Assembly: GCA_015232535.1 (NCBI GenBank)
Contig: JADFZM010000001.1
Location: 35,263 to 99,262 of the forward strand
DNA length: 64,000 nt
Source of the DNA: Candidatus Omnitrophota bacterium
GTDB taxonomy: Bacteria > Omnitrophota > Gorgyraeia > Zapsychrales > Zapsychraceae
Direction: 5' to 3'
The notes under the pieces are model-generated. The model was not told the DNA's origin and searched no databases. It saw only the letters and a list, made by a program, of their open reading frames with translations. The number at the start of each line of letters is the position of its first letter. Position 1 is the first letter of the stretch. The translations under genes and the position numbers were made by a program. This document shows positions 1 to 9,483 of this stretch, piece after piece.

Positions 1-100
1 CGCAATTCCGGTCTCAAGAAAAGGAAAGCCTCCTCTTCTTCTTCCTTTACTCTCGATTATCGAGCGTGTCGTGTTTAATGCCATAAGAAACTCCTCTCCC

Positions 101-805
101 TCAATAGGTGACTCTGTTATATTCCCGCACGTCTTCGTCGACTTCAGCGTAATGAAACATCTTTTCTTTATATCCAAAAATAAAGGCGTAGAAACAAGCC
201 GGTATTTTCCTAACATAAGCATGGAAATGGCTGGCCGCTTCGTTATAGGCCATGCGCCTTTCCGCTATAAGGTCTTCGGAACGGATAATCCCCTGCATCT
301 GGATTTGAAAGTTTTCGCTTAATTTTAATTGCGGGTAAGCCTCGGCTAATGCTAAAACCTTAGAAATAGCGGTATCGAGGCTTTTTCCTTTTAGTTTCGA
401 GACTTCGGTTAAACCGTTTTTCTGTAAAACGTCCATGATAAGCTCGCTTTTCATCGGATCAGGGCCACCGTCGCGGCTATCGGCCATATATTGGAACATT
501 GCCCTTTCGTGTTGAGCATAGGCAATGATCGTATTAGTCAGGTTGATAAAAATATCTTTTCGCCTTTGCAGTTGGACGTCTATTTGGTGCTGTTCCATCT
601 CGGTAAAACGGGAAAGCGCGATGAATTTATTGTAGTAATAAATGCCCAGAAGGATTAAAGCTGTTGCGCAAACGGTAAGGATAATTCCGGAGGTGGTTTT
701 TAAATTATTAAAATCGATCTTTTGCCACCAATGTTTCTTAACCGGAGATAATTCTTCAAAATCCCGGGGAAACATCTTTTTAATCGTTTCGGACATTCTT
801 ACCAT
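101..805 (-). CDS. LemA family membrane protein (MamQ-like by family)
   Basis: N-terminal TM helix followed by LemA-type core (QLQRRKDIFINLTNTII...AYPQLKLSENFQIQMQGI); 234 aa. Confidence 0.75.
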   Translation of the reverse strand: MVRMSETIKKMFPRDFEELSPVKKHWWQKIDFNNLKTTSGIILTVCATALILLGIYYYNKFIALSRFTEMEQHQIDVQLQRRKDIFINLTNTIIAYAQHERAMFQYMADSRDGGPDPMKSELIMDVLQKNGLTEVSKLKGKSLDTAISKVLALAEAYPQLKLSENFQIQMQGIIRSEDLIAERRMAYNEAASHFHAYVRKIPACFYAFIFGYKEKMFHYAEVDEDVREYNRVTY

Positions 806-843
806 TTTATATGCTCCTTGGCTTTAAATAAGTCATACATTAA

Positions 844-1689
844 TTAACCGTGTTTCTTGCGCTCTAAATCCATCGCTTTTTTAAAGCAAACGATCGCGTC
901 TTTATGGTCCCCGGAATTCTCGTAAACAAAACCGAGGGCGTGGTAATAAACCGGTTCCCGTGGGTCAAGGTCGATAGCTTTTTTGTACATCTTTTTTGCT
1001 TCCTCTATTTGTTCCGATTTCTCGTAACAAGTCCCGAGGTTATAAAAGGTGTCCGCGTCGTCGGGATTGATCTCCGCCGCTTTTTGGAAATAACCTAAAG
1101 CCTCGGTATAATTTTCCAGGTGCAAAAGGCATTTGGCAAATTCGAAAATGATATCCGGATCATTCGGGGTTAATGAATCGGCTTTTTTAAAATAATCGAT
1201 AGCATCCTTGTGCTGGCTTAGGTTGACATGGCACATTGCCGACATATACATGACCTCGGCATCTTTTTCGCCTTCTTCTTCTTCTTCTTCTTCGATGTAA
1301 ATTTCAAAATGCTCGAGGGCGCGGGCGAAATCGTTTTTTTGAAAGAATTTGATCCCCTCTTCTTTTTCGAAACTGCGCTTGATGCCCTCATCATGTTTTA
1401 CAAAAATGTCTTCGTAAACCTGGCTTAATCCCTTGATTATTTTTTCGGTCGTTGAGAGCGTGCGGTAAGCGCCGAGTTTTACGTTCTTTAGGATATCGGC
1501 CTTTGGCTTTTCATATGTTGATTGTTTTGATTTTTTCGTCCTGCGGGCTTTTGAACGGCTTTCAGATGAGCCCTTTGACCCAGTATCATCGGATGAATCA
1601 TCAATATCATTTTCGATATCTGCTTCTTCTATAGGTTCTGTTCTCTTTTTTCTCTTCAATTCTTCCATTTTTCCCTCCATGGTACGCAT
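844..1689 (-). CDS. Tetratricopeptide-repeat protein with acidic/basic low-complexity N-terminus (MamA-like architecture)
   Basis: About five TPR-like helical pairs (AIDYFKKADSLTPNDPD, ALGYFQKAAEINPDDAD, AKKMYKKAIDLDPREP, AIVCFKKAMDL); a poly-Glu run is encoded by the GAA repeat at 1273-1293. Confidence 0.75.
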   Translation of the reverse strand: MRTMEGKMEELKRKKRTEPIEEADIENDIDDSSDDTGSKGSSESRSKARRTKKSKQSTYEKPKADILKNVKLGAYRTLSTTEKIIKGLSQVYEDIFVKHDEGIKRSFEKEEGIKFFQKNDFARALEHFEIYIEEEEEEEGEKDAEVMYMSAMCHVNLSQHKDAIDYFKKADSLTPNDPDIIFEFAKCLLHLENYTEALGYFQKAAEINPDDADTFYNLGTCYEKSEQIEEAKKMYKKAIDLDPREPVYYHALGFVYENSGDHKDAIVCFKKAMDLERKKHG

Positions 1690-1777
1690 GTTCTGTAAAA
1701 AGTTTTTACTTTAAATATCCTTATCTTCTGCCATTACAAAAAGTTCTGTTTCTGTGGTTTGCCTCCACTATTAAGAT

Positions 1778-1862
1778 CCCCCTCCCTCGATGGGAGGGGA
1801 AAGGGGAGGGTGGAAATTAAAATTATCACCCCCACCAAGCCTCCCCCGTCAAGGGGGAAGGA
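1778..1862. other. GC-rich structured element: perfect 8 bp GC hairpin (ccctcc-tcgat-ggaggg type), a G3-A-G4-AAA-G4-A-G3 run, and a second C5/G5 hairpin
   Basis: Read directly from sequence between the CDF gene stop (1931) and the TPR gene start (1689); it stands out in an AT-rich genome. Confidence 0.35.
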
Positions 1863-1930
1863 AATATTTCATATCTCCAATCCTATTTTATAGACAATTT
1901 TCATAAAACTATTGACACTATCGGTACGCA

Positions 1931-2884
1931 TTATTGCATGACCGGATTTAGTTGTTTACGGGTGATTACCTGTTTTGGGCTGCGAATAACCCCTATTTTC
2001 GTTTCCTCCTGATTGTCCCTGCAGGTAAAAGTTAGGGTGACGTCTTTTATCTGAATGAAACGCCTAAGAAGAGCCGCTCTTACCTCGCGGGTAATCGCAT
2101 GGCCCTCTTCCACTGTCCTTTGGGGATCGATAAATATTTCCATATCGACCCAAGCCTGTTGCCCGACCCGCCGAACGTGCATATAATTTATGCCTTTTAC
2201 CTCGCGGTATTGCATGATAACTTTCTCGATCAAGGCTTTCTTATCGGCGGGAAGCGATTCGTCGATAAGGTTTTTGAGAGCGGCAATGCCTAATTTTATG
2301 GCCATACGCCCGATCATGAGCCCGACGAAAAATGCGGCTAATGAGTCGAGAATGGTTATCCCTAAGTTTGCTAAAAATATACCGATAGTGACTCCGATCG
2401 ATGAGATCATATCCGAGCGGTTCTCGTTAGCGTTCGCTATTAAAGCCGGGGAATTCATCTTTTTGCCGGCGCAGAAACCGTAAGAAGATAAAATATAGTT
2501 GGCTAAGATAGCTACTATAGCGCAGAAAACGGCGGCCGGATGCGGCGGATGTATATTCCCGCTGGCGATAGCCAATCCGGCATCCCAGAGAATTACAATC
2601 GCTATATAAAGAAGCAAGGTATAAGCAAATACAGCTCCTAGGAATTCCGATTTGCCGCGGCCCCAGGGGTATTTTTTGTCGCTTTTTTTCTCCGAGAGCC
2701 CGACGGTAATAATTACCATTATTGTGCAAAGAACGTCCGTACCGGAGTGGATACCGTCGGCTATGAGCCCTTTTGATCCGGCCAAAGTACCGACGATTAT
2801 CTGGAATGCGGATAGGGTCGTATTGCCCAGAAGCACCATCCAGGGAACGGTTTTAGCGCATTTTACGCATTTATTTTGAATCAT
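1931..2884 (-). CDS. Cation diffusion facilitator (CDF) family divalent-metal efflux transporter
   Basis: Six TM helices with CDF signature (FQIIVGTLAGSKGLIADGIHSGTDV), His/Asp-rich TM2/TM5 sites and a C-terminal cytoplasmic metallochaperone-like domain; 317 aa. Confidence 0.85.
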   Translation of the reverse strand: MIQNKCVKCAKTVPWMVLLGNTTLSAFQIIVGTLAGSKGLIADGIHSGTDVLCTIMVIITVGLSEKKSDKKYPWGRGKSEFLGAVFAYTLLLYIAIVILWDAGLAIASGNIHPPHPAAVFCAIVAILANYILSSYGFCAGKKMNSPALIANANENRSDMISSIGVTIGIFLANLGITILDSLAAFFVGLMIGRMAIKLGIAALKNLIDESLPADKKALIEKVIMQYREVKGINYMHVRRVGQQAWVDMEIFIDPQRTVEEGHAITREVRAALLRRFIQIKDVTLTFTCRDNQEETKIGVIRSPKQVITRKQLNPVMQ

Positions 2885-2897
2885 ATTTTATAAACCT

Positions 2898-3788
2898 TCA
2901 ATCAGCCGGCAATATTTGAATAGCGATATGGCCGATATATTTGTTTTGATCGCGCAAAAGAGATTTGATCCTTTGATTTATTGTCTTTGCTTCAAGTACT
3001 GTTAATTTAGGGCTTAATTGAAGGACAACGTCCAATATTACATACCTTCCTGTCTGCCTGGCGCGCACGTCCTTAACTTTTTCAACCCCGTTTACTTTCT
3101 TTATAAAATCTTTTATCGGTTCGGTGAAATTATCCGGCATGTTTGTATCCATGACCCCTCTTGTGCCCTCTTTCAAGATCATAAAGCTCCCGTGCAGTAC
3201 ATGCAAACACTCGAAAATAGCTATTGCCGGGTCAACCCAGTGCATGCCTTGTCTGGTAACAAGCACGCCCACCGCGACCAGTAATGAGGAGATAACGTCT
3301 ATCTTATTATGCTCGGCATGGGCTTTTAATACCGGGCTGTTTAGCTCCTTACCTCCGCAATGGGAGAATTTATAGAGGAGCGCGTTCACGATGGCGCTTA
3401 AAATTGCTACAAAAAATACAACCATATGCTGTATGACCAAAATACGCTTTGCGATTACCATAAAAGAACTGAAGATAAGCGCTATAGTACCAAGGATCAT
3501 AAAAAAGCTGATAATAACCTGGGCGATGAATTCAATCTTTCCGTAACCATATGGATAGCGGGAATTAGCAGGCTTTTTTGAATACCTTACCCCTATTATT
3601 ACCGCGACGGAAGATGTTACATCGCTCAAGTTGCATAATCCGCTTCCGAGTAAAGCGCGCGACCTTCCCAAAAATCCGACAAAGATCTTAAATGCCGCCA
3701 GGATAAAATTTGCCAAGAGCCCCCAGGCAATTGTTTTATTGGCGCAGGCTTCGCATTTAGCCGGATTTTTAATTTTTGCGGCGCTCAT
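2898..3788 (-). CDS. Cation diffusion facilitator (CDF) family transporter, second tandem copy
   Basis: CDF TM core (ALLGSGLCNLSDVTSSVAVIIG ... HAEHNKIDVISSL) plus C-terminal domain; 296 aa; 4 nt from the previous CDF gene. Confidence 0.85.
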   Translation of the reverse strand: MSAAKIKNPAKCEACANKTIAWGLLANFILAAFKIFVGFLGRSRALLGSGLCNLSDVTSSVAVIIGVRYSKKPANSRYPYGYGKIEFIAQVIISFFMILGTIALIFSSFMVIAKRILVIQHMVVFFVAILSAIVNALLYKFSHCGGKELNSPVLKAHAEHNKIDVISSLLVAVGVLVTRQGMHWVDPAIAIFECLHVLHGSFMILKEGTRGVMDTNMPDNFTEPIKDFIKKVNGVEKVKDVRARQTGRYVILDVVLQLSPKLTVLEAKTINQRIKSLLRDQNKYIGHIAIQILPAD

Positions 3789-4063
3789 TATTCTTCATCC
3801 TCAAACAGAGGTTTTTCATCTTCCGGTAATTCTTCCAACTTCTTCCTTCTTTTAATTTCTCCCCCGATTATTGTAAAGGTCCAAAGCGTCGAGATAACAC
3901 CCAAAAAGAAAGACGCCAGAATTATGTAAATCAGCCCGATATGCCTGCCCTTGAAAAGGGGGATCCAAATACGGACCGGGTCCACGTTCTCGAATATAAA
4001 GAAAACAAGCAATATTACGAGCAAACTGAAAGAGGTGATTTTAAATACTGTAGCTGCCCTCAT
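3788..4063 (-). CDS. Small membrane protein, LapA/DUF1049-like, with acidic C-terminal tail
   Basis: Two hydrophobic helices then KRRKKLEELPEDEKPLFEDEE; overlaps hemL stop and CDF start by 4 nt and 1 nt (operon-embedded). Confidence 0.45.
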   Translation of the reverse strand: MRAATVFKITSFSLLVILLVFFIFENVDPVRIWIPLFKGRHIGLIYIILASFFLGVISTLWTFTIIGGEIKRRKKLEELPEDEKPLFEDEE

Positions 4064-5361
4064 TTTGATTCCTTTATTTTTAATAAAGCATTCTTTATTG
4101 AATGGGCTGTTTTGCTGATTGTTGAATTATCATGAGCGGATGAAACAAAACAAGCCTCATATGCCGAAGGAGGAAAAAGTATCCCTTCCTTAATTAAGAG
4201 GGAAAACAGCTTTGCGTATTTGTTTTTATCAGCCCTTAAGGCGTCTTTATGGCTCTTAACTTTTCCGGATGTGAAAAATACCGTAAAAATTGAGGCAATC
4301 GAGTTTATCGTTAAATCCATATTCAATTTAGCGGATTCTTCTTGAATAATCGCGGTAATTTGTCCGGTTTTTACCTCCAGAGTTCCGTAAATATTATCAT
4401 TTTTATTTAAAGTTTCAAGTGTTTTAATGCCGGCGGCTGTTGCAACCGGGTTACCGGAAAGCGTTCCGGCTTGATAAACAGGCCCTATGGGTGCCAAAAG
4501 CTCCATTATCTCTTTCTTACCGCCGACCGCGCCTATGGGAAATCCGCCGCCGATAATTTTTCCCAGGCAGGTCAGGTCGGGTTTAATATCATAAAATCCC
4601 TGCGCTCCGCCTAATCCTAGACGGAAGCCGGTGATAACTTCATCAAATATAAGCACTATTTTTTCTTTGAGCGTTATTTCACGTAATTTTTTAAGAAAAT
4701 CTTTTTCGGGTAAAACTACCCCTGTGTTGCACAAAACAGGTTCAACGATCACGCAGGCAATTTCATTCTTGTTCTTTTCGATAGCGGAATTCAGAGTTGC
4801 AATATCGTTAAAAGGAACGGAAATAGTGTCTTTAGTATAAGCCGGCAATATGCCCTCGCCCGAAGGAATCCCTAAGGTTAAATTTCCCGAGCCGCTTTTA
4901 ACCAAAAGGCTGTCGAAGTGGCCGTGATAACTGCCGTCAAACTTGATGATCTTTGTCTTTCCGGAAAATGCCCGGGCGAGGCGGATTGATGTCATGCAGG
5001 CCTCGGTGCCGGAGGTTACTAAACGTAACCTATCGATGCTTTTGATATTTTTCTTAATTAGTTCAGCGAGGCGGACTTCTCTTTCGGTTGCTAATCCGAA
5101 ACTCGAGCCGTTTCTAACCGCCGAAATAGCCGCTTTTACGACCGGCTCATAAGCGTGGCCTAATATCCCGACCCCCCAACTCATAACATAATCGATGTAT
5201 TTATTGCCTTTTGTATCGAATATATAAGGCCCGGTTGCTTTCTCGGCAAAGATTATCGGGGTTTCCATTGCTTTAAAACTCCGCACCGGAGAATTGACCC
5301 CTCCGACCAGAGATTTGATGCTTCTTTCGGAAATAGATTTTGGTTTATCAATTGCCATCAT
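4060..5361 (-). CDS. hemL: Glutamate-1-semialdehyde 2,1-aminomutase
   Basis: Class III aminotransferase fold, 433 aa, SLVGGVNSPVRSF ... YIDYVMSWG motifs typical of HemL. Confidence 0.93.
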   Translation of the reverse strand: MMAIDKPKSISERSIKSLVGGVNSPVRSFKAMETPIIFAEKATGPYIFDTKGNKYIDYVMSWGVGILGHAYEPVVKAAISAVRNGSSFGLATEREVRLAELIKKNIKSIDRLRLVTSGTEACMTSIRLARAFSGKTKIIKFDGSYHGHFDSLLVKSGSGNLTLGIPSGEGILPAYTKDTISVPFNDIATLNSAIEKNKNEIACVIVEPVLCNTGVVLPEKDFLKKLREITLKEKIVLIFDEVITGFRLGLGGAQGFYDIKPDLTCLGKIIGGGFPIGAVGGKKEIMELLAPIGPVYQAGTLSGNPVATAAGIKTLETLNKNDNIYGTLEVKTGQITAIIQEESAKLNMDLTINSIASIFTVFFTSGKVKSHKDALRADKNKYAKLFSLLIKEGILFPPSAYEACFVSSAHDNSTISKTAHSIKNALLKIKESK

Positions 5362-5843
5362 AATAAACTCCCAAGCGAGAGCATTTCTTTCTTAAGTTCT
5401 TTTCGGGTAAAGAGCACTGCCGGCTTGATGCGGAAACCCGCCCCTTTTTCATTGACAAAATTTCTGATCTCTTTTACTGATTTAGCGTGCATCATGGTAA
5501 ATGTATCGTAATTAAATGATTTATGCGGTGTTCTTTTATAACAATGCGAGATGCGGTCATCATCAATAAATGTCTTTTTTATGAACTCATCTTTATTGCC
5601 GCAGGTAAACCCGTCCATATTCCAGGCGATAAGTGCGTTTTTCGCGTAACCGGCCCTTTTGTGGTTAAGGACCCCTCGCAGATTCTTAATTATCTTTTTT
5701 TGAGAAAGTTTGTTCAGGATCGCTATTAGCTCCTCTTCTTGCATAAGCAAAGCCGCCGCGGCCTTTGTGAATGGACGGGGCGAGATCTCAAGCTCATTTT
5801 TAGAGAAATACCCGGCAACTTTCTTTTCTTTATCAGTTAACAT
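5358..5843 (-). CDS. Siroheme decarboxylase subunit (AhbA/AhbB, NirD/L/G/H family, AsnC-type HTH)
   Basis: About 160 aa AsnC-like HTH plus C-terminal domain; sits with a paralogous neighbour between radical SAM heme genes and hemL. Confidence 0.7.
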   Translation of the reverse strand: MLTDKEKKVAGYFSKNELEISPRPFTKAAAALLMQEEELIAILNKLSQKKIIKNLRGVLNHKRAGYAKNALIAWNMDGFTCGNKDEFIKKTFIDDDRISHCYKRTPHKSFNYDTFTMMHAKSVKEIRNFVNEKGAGFRIKPAVLFTRKELKKEMLSLGSLL

Positions 5844-6300
5844 TAAGGTTAAGCCTTAATTTATATAATTTTTCCGTAGGAAGGCTGACTATTTCCTTTG
5901 GTTTTAACTTCTTTTTCAATTCATCGAGATTAAATTTAAGCTCCTGTTTTGAGCGGGCGCTTAATGTGAACCACATGTTTAAGCGGTGTTCCCTTAAGTA
6001 ATTGTGGCTTATATTTTGTCGGTTATTGATTATTTCCCTAGTCGTTTTTATTTTCTCTTCGGGGATTTGACAACCGATCAAAGTGCTGACAAGCCCGAGC
6101 TTCTTCGTGTTAAAACTGAAATTAATCCTTTTAAGCAGTTTTTCCTTCTTAAGCCATTTAAGGCGCGAAATAAGCTCTCTTTCTTCGATCCCGCATGATT
6201 TTGCCAAGCTTTTATAAGGCTCGGCAGAGATCTCCAAGCCCTGCTGGGTTTTTGATAAAATACTTTTCATTAAATCGTCTAAATAATATTTCTTACTCAT
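5833..6300 (-). CDS. Siroheme decarboxylase subunit (AhbA/AhbB family), start moved to internal Met
   Basis: AsnC-type HTH (LAKSCGIEERELISRLKWLKKEKLL). The ATG at 6298-6300 forms an ATGA overlap with the upstream radical SAM stop; the ORF-track N-terminal extension would overlap that gene. Confidence 0.68.
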   Translation of the reverse strand: MSKKYYLDDLMKSILSKTQQGLEISAEPYKSLAKSCGIEERELISRLKWLKKEKLLKRINFSFNTKKLGLVSTLIGCQIPEEKIKTTREIINNRQNISHNYLREHRLNMWFTLSARSKQELKFNLDELKKKLKPKEIVSLPTEKLYKLRLNLNVN

Positions 6301-7316
6301 GAGGCAACCGCCTCTTTTGCTAAAACGCAAGTCCTGTCTTCGGACATAAAATCTCCCGTATCGGCAAAGGCCCTGGCGCGGCAACCGCGGCAAGAAATCT
6401 TATATCCGCAATCTCCGCAGCTTCCTCTGAGGTCATTTTTCCTCAATGCGTTAAACACAATCGATCCTTTCCAGACTTTCCCGATGGAATTCTTCCTTAA
6501 GTTACCGGCGGTAATGGGCAAGTATCCGCAGGGATAAACGTATCCTCTTGAGGAGATGAATAAAACCGATGTTCCCGCCAGGCATCCTCCGGACATTTTG
6601 CCTTCCGAAAACCTTACATATTGCGGGGCGCAAGTCGGGCGTATCTCTAAAGAAGATGACTCCGAGATGTTTTTTATTTCCCTAAGAGCTTCTTCAATAT
6701 CATTTGCCTCTAATCTTGATTTATCATCGATTTCCTTCCCGCAGCCGACCGGAACAAGAACAAAATAATGAACAGCCATGGCTTTTATCGAAAGAGCTAA
6801 ATCGGCGATTGTGCGGATTTCGTTAAGGTTGTTCTTGGTCACGGTAAAGTTGATTTGAAAAGGGATTTGCTCTTTCCTTAATATGTCAGCGGCATTCACG
6901 GTCTGTTTAAAGGCGCCTAAAACTCCCCGGGAAGAATCATGCTTCTTTTCATCGCTTGAATCAAGGCTTAGGCTGACGCGGCGGACACCGTATTTTTTTA
7001 TAAGGCCGGCCTCTTTCTCTTTTAATAGAACACCGTTAGTAGCTAAGGCCAAAGTTAATCCTTTTTGAGCGGCATAAAACATGATTTCAAAGATGTCTTC
7101 TCTTAATAAAGGCTCGCCGCCGCTTAAGACTAGAACGGAAGAGCCGAAGGATGTTTTTATAGAATCGATCAGGCGAAAGGCTTCGGCAGTTGTCAGCTCA
7201 TCGCCCGATTCGCTTTTTGTCATCCGGCAAAAGGCGCACTTAAGGCTGCACTTTTTTGTTGTTTCCCAAAATATCATTCTGGGGATCAGATCCACTTTGT
7301 TGCCTCCTTGGCCCAA
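6297..7316 (-). CDS. Radical SAM/SPASM protein of the NirJ-like AhbC/AhbD type (Fe-coproporphyrin synthase or heme synthase)
   Basis: CxxxCxxC cluster (CSLKCAFC), SGGEPLL glycine-rich SAM motif, C-terminal SPASM Cys cluster (GSCGDCGYKISCRGCRARAF). Confidence 0.75.
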   Translation of the reverse strand: MGQGGNKVDLIPRMIFWETTKKCSLKCAFCRMTKSESGDELTTAEAFRLIDSIKTSFGSSVLVLSGGEPLLREDIFEIMFYAAQKGLTLALATNGVLLKEKEAGLIKKYGVRRVSLSLDSSDEKKHDSSRGVLGAFKQTVNAADILRKEQIPFQINFTVTKNNLNEIRTIADLALSIKAMAVHYFVLVPVGCGKEIDDKSRLEANDIEEALREIKNISESSSLEIRPTCAPQYVRFSEGKMSGGCLAGTSVLFISSRGYVYPCGYLPITAGNLRKNSIGKVWKGSIVFNALRKNDLRGSCGDCGYKISCRGCRARAFADTGDFMSEDRTCVLAKEAVAS

Positions 7317-8275
7317 TAACTGATAATTATGTCCGCGCCGGCGCGTTTAATAGACTGAAGTATTTCAAGCGCAACCGACTTTTCGTCCAGCCACCCTTTT
7401 AAGTGCGCCGCTTTGACCATTGAATATTCTCCGCTGACATTGTATGCGGCTATAGGGATATTCACTTTATCGCGTATGGATTGTATTATATCCAGATAAG
7501 ACAAGGCCGGTTTCACCATGACTATATCCGCGCCTTCCTCGATATCGAGAAATATTTCGCGAATGGCCTCTCTTTTGTTGCCGAAATCCATTTGATACCC
7601 TTTTCTGTCGCTTCCCTTCGGGGTTGAATCGTATATCCCCCGGAACGGGCCGTAAAAATTCGAAGCATATTTTGCGGAATAACTAATAATTGATGTGTCG
7701 GTAAACCCGTTTTTGTCGAGGGTTTCTCTGATTGCTTTCACCTGCCCGTTTGCCATAGCGGACGGCGCAACCATATCCGCTCCCGCTTTAGCGTAAGAAA
7801 CGGCGATTTTGGCTAAAGTTTCCGCGGTTTTTGAGTCATCAATTTGAAGATGAGCCCCGTTTTTGCCGCTTGTTTTCTTAGCTATGCCGCAATGGCCGTG
7901 GTCTGTAAAAGCGCATAAGCATACATCAGCGATAATTATCAAATCGCTCGACTTTTTAATGTTCTTTATAGCCTTATGGAATTGGCTTTCTTCGTTATAA
8001 CTAGATGAGCCGGAGGAGTCTTTTTTAGGCGATGAACCAAAAAGCAAAATGCTTTTTATGCCGGACTTTCCCAAAGCCTCCGCCTCTCTAAGAAGGCATT
8101 CGCTCGAGAATTTATTAATGCCCGGCATCGAAGGCACAGCTTCGGTACCTTTGCCATCTTTGAAAAAGATAGGCATTATTAAATCATCAATATTTAATTC
8201 TGTTTCGCGCACTAAAGAACGTAACAGAGGGTTTTTTCTTAATCTGGTAGTCTTATTTTTGAGCGACAAAGGCAT
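7286..8275 (-). CDS. hemB: Porphobilinogen synthase (delta-aminolevulinate dehydratase)
   Basis: N-terminus MPLSLKNKTTRLRKNPLLRSLVRETELNIDDLIMPIFF aligns with classical HemB start; active-site region DVCLCAFTDHGHCG; the start at 8275 is an internal Met of the ORF-track call. Confidence 0.92.
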   Translation of the reverse strand: MPLSLKNKTTRLRKNPLLRSLVRETELNIDDLIMPIFFKDGKGTEAVPSMPGINKFSSECLLREAEALGKSGIKSILLFGSSPKKDSSGSSSYNEESQFHKAIKNIKKSSDLIIIADVCLCAFTDHGHCGIAKKTSGKNGAHLQIDDSKTAETLAKIAVSYAKAGADMVAPSAMANGQVKAIRETLDKNGFTDTSIISYSAKYASNFYGPFRGIYDSTPKGSDRKGYQMDFGNKREAIREIFLDIEEGADIVMVKPALSYLDIIQSIRDKVNIPIAAYNVSGEYSMVKAAHLKGWLDEKSVALEILQSIKRAGADIIISYWAKEATKWI

Positions 8276-8325
8276 TTTTATTAAATTGTTGAAATCGTTT
8301 ATATTGTTAAGCTGTTTGATCAAGG

Positions 8326-9483
8326 TTAAAGTATTGATTTTGATTCGTTTACTAAAACATCCTCTGTTTTTGTTGAAGTTTGCTCTAAGTAACAAGCCGG
8401 GTCTTCAGCCCAAAGTGAGCCGTAATAAGCCTTTGCCCGGGCCCGGCATCCGCCGCATATTTCTTTATGCCGGCAAGAACCGCAGCGGCCTTCTAAGTGG
8501 TCTTTCTTATTTCTAAATTGTTGAAGCAGTTCATTGTTCCGGTCGTTAAGAATATCAAATAGCGGTTTTTTGCGCACATTGCCTAAGAGCGAATCACGCA
8601 AGAATTGACATGGAAAAACGTCGCCGTTTGAATCAAGATAAACAACCCTATCCCCCGCAGAACAGCCGCGGTGCGCTGTTATGCATGAAACAGCCTCTTT
8701 TTTATCCGCAAGGTTTTCAAGCATAAAAATACCGTCTGCAGGATTATCGGTTGTAAGCACTTCAAATTCAGGGTCTTTAAGTGATATTTCTCGGACCTTA
8801 AGCAAGAATTTCTCCATTAATTTCCTTTTGTCCTCCAGAGGCAGGTCTTGTTCTGACGAAGCCCTTCCGGAATATACCAAATGATAAAGGCAGAAGCGCT
8901 TAGTGCCGCTTTGAACTGTTTTATCAAGCACATAAAATAGGTCATAACTATTTGAAGCGGTTAAAGTAAATCTTACCCCGGTTTTCACTCCGGAATTGTT
9001 TAAGAGCTTTATACCTTCCCAGCTTGCGTTAAATGAGCCGGTAGAGCCGCGGAAAATATCATGCCATTCTTCCCTGCCGTCTATGCTGACTCCTACATAA
9101 TCGACTTTGGCTTCTTTGATCTTCTTGGCCATTTTGGTATTTATCAAGGTGCCGTTAGTTGAAAGCCCGACGCGCAGCCCTTCGTCCTTGCAGGCTTTGA
9201 TAATATCGAAAATATTAGGGCGTAAAAGCGGCTCCCCTCCGCTAAGCAATACAATCGGGGGGTTTAGCTTCTTGATCTCACTTGCCAGGTTTATGCACTC
9301 TGTATCGGTAAAATCAGCTTCTTTTAATTCCGGAGATGATTCGCGATAACAATGAGCGCATTTTAAATTGCATTTGCTTATAATATTCCAGACAAACAAA
9401 GGGCCCATTGCCCTTAAGGTATGTTCGGTCCTCTCGCCTTTATGTATTTTAGTCCATGGGATCATAATGAATTCTCCAGGCAA
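8326..9483 (-). CDS. Radical SAM/SPASM protein of the NirJ-like AhbC/AhbD type
   Basis: CNLKCAHCY cluster, LSGGEPLL motif, C-terminal SPASM cluster (GRCGSCRHKEICGGCRARA). Confidence 0.75.
   Translation of the reverse strand: MPGEFIMIPWTKIHKGERTEHTLRAMGPLFVWNIISKCNLKCAHCYRESSPELKEADFTDTECINLASEIKKLNPPIVLLSGGEPLLRPNIFDIIKACKDEGLRVGLSTNGTLINTKMAKKIKEAKVDYVGVSIDGREEWHDIFRGSTGSFNASWEGIKLLNNSGVKTGVRFTLTASNSYDLFYVLDKTVQSGTKRFCLYHLVYSGRASSEQDLPLEDKRKLMEKFLLKVREISLKDPEFEVLTTDNPADGIFMLENLADKKEAVSCITAHRGCSAGDRVVYLDSNGDVFPCQFLRDSLLGNVRKKPLFDILNDRNNELLQQFRNKKDHLEGRCGSCRHKEICGGCRARAKAYYGSLWAEDPACYLEQTSTKTEDVLVNESKSIL

Noticed and set aside
1273-1293. GAA/TTC trinucleotide repeat as a repeat element
   Set aside because: It is in frame within the TPR gene and simply encodes a poly-Glu run.
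1778-1862. tRNA or other structured RNA gene in the GC-rich island
   Set aside because: No cloverleaf can be drawn (no D/T arms and no anticodon stem of the right size). The stems are simple GC palindromes.
5833-6393. 186 aa version of the siroheme decarboxylase subunit, and the 369 aa version of hemB (to 8395)
   Set aside because: The N-terminal extensions are Arg-rich or low-complexity and overlap upstream genes. Internal Met codons give canonical family N-termini and ATGA-type coupling.
6297-9483. Specific assignment of which NirJ-like radical SAM gene is ahbC and which is ahbD
   Set aside because: Both have the same CxxxCxxC plus SPASM layout, and I cannot discriminate them by eye. They are left as AhbC/AhbD-type pending phylogeny.
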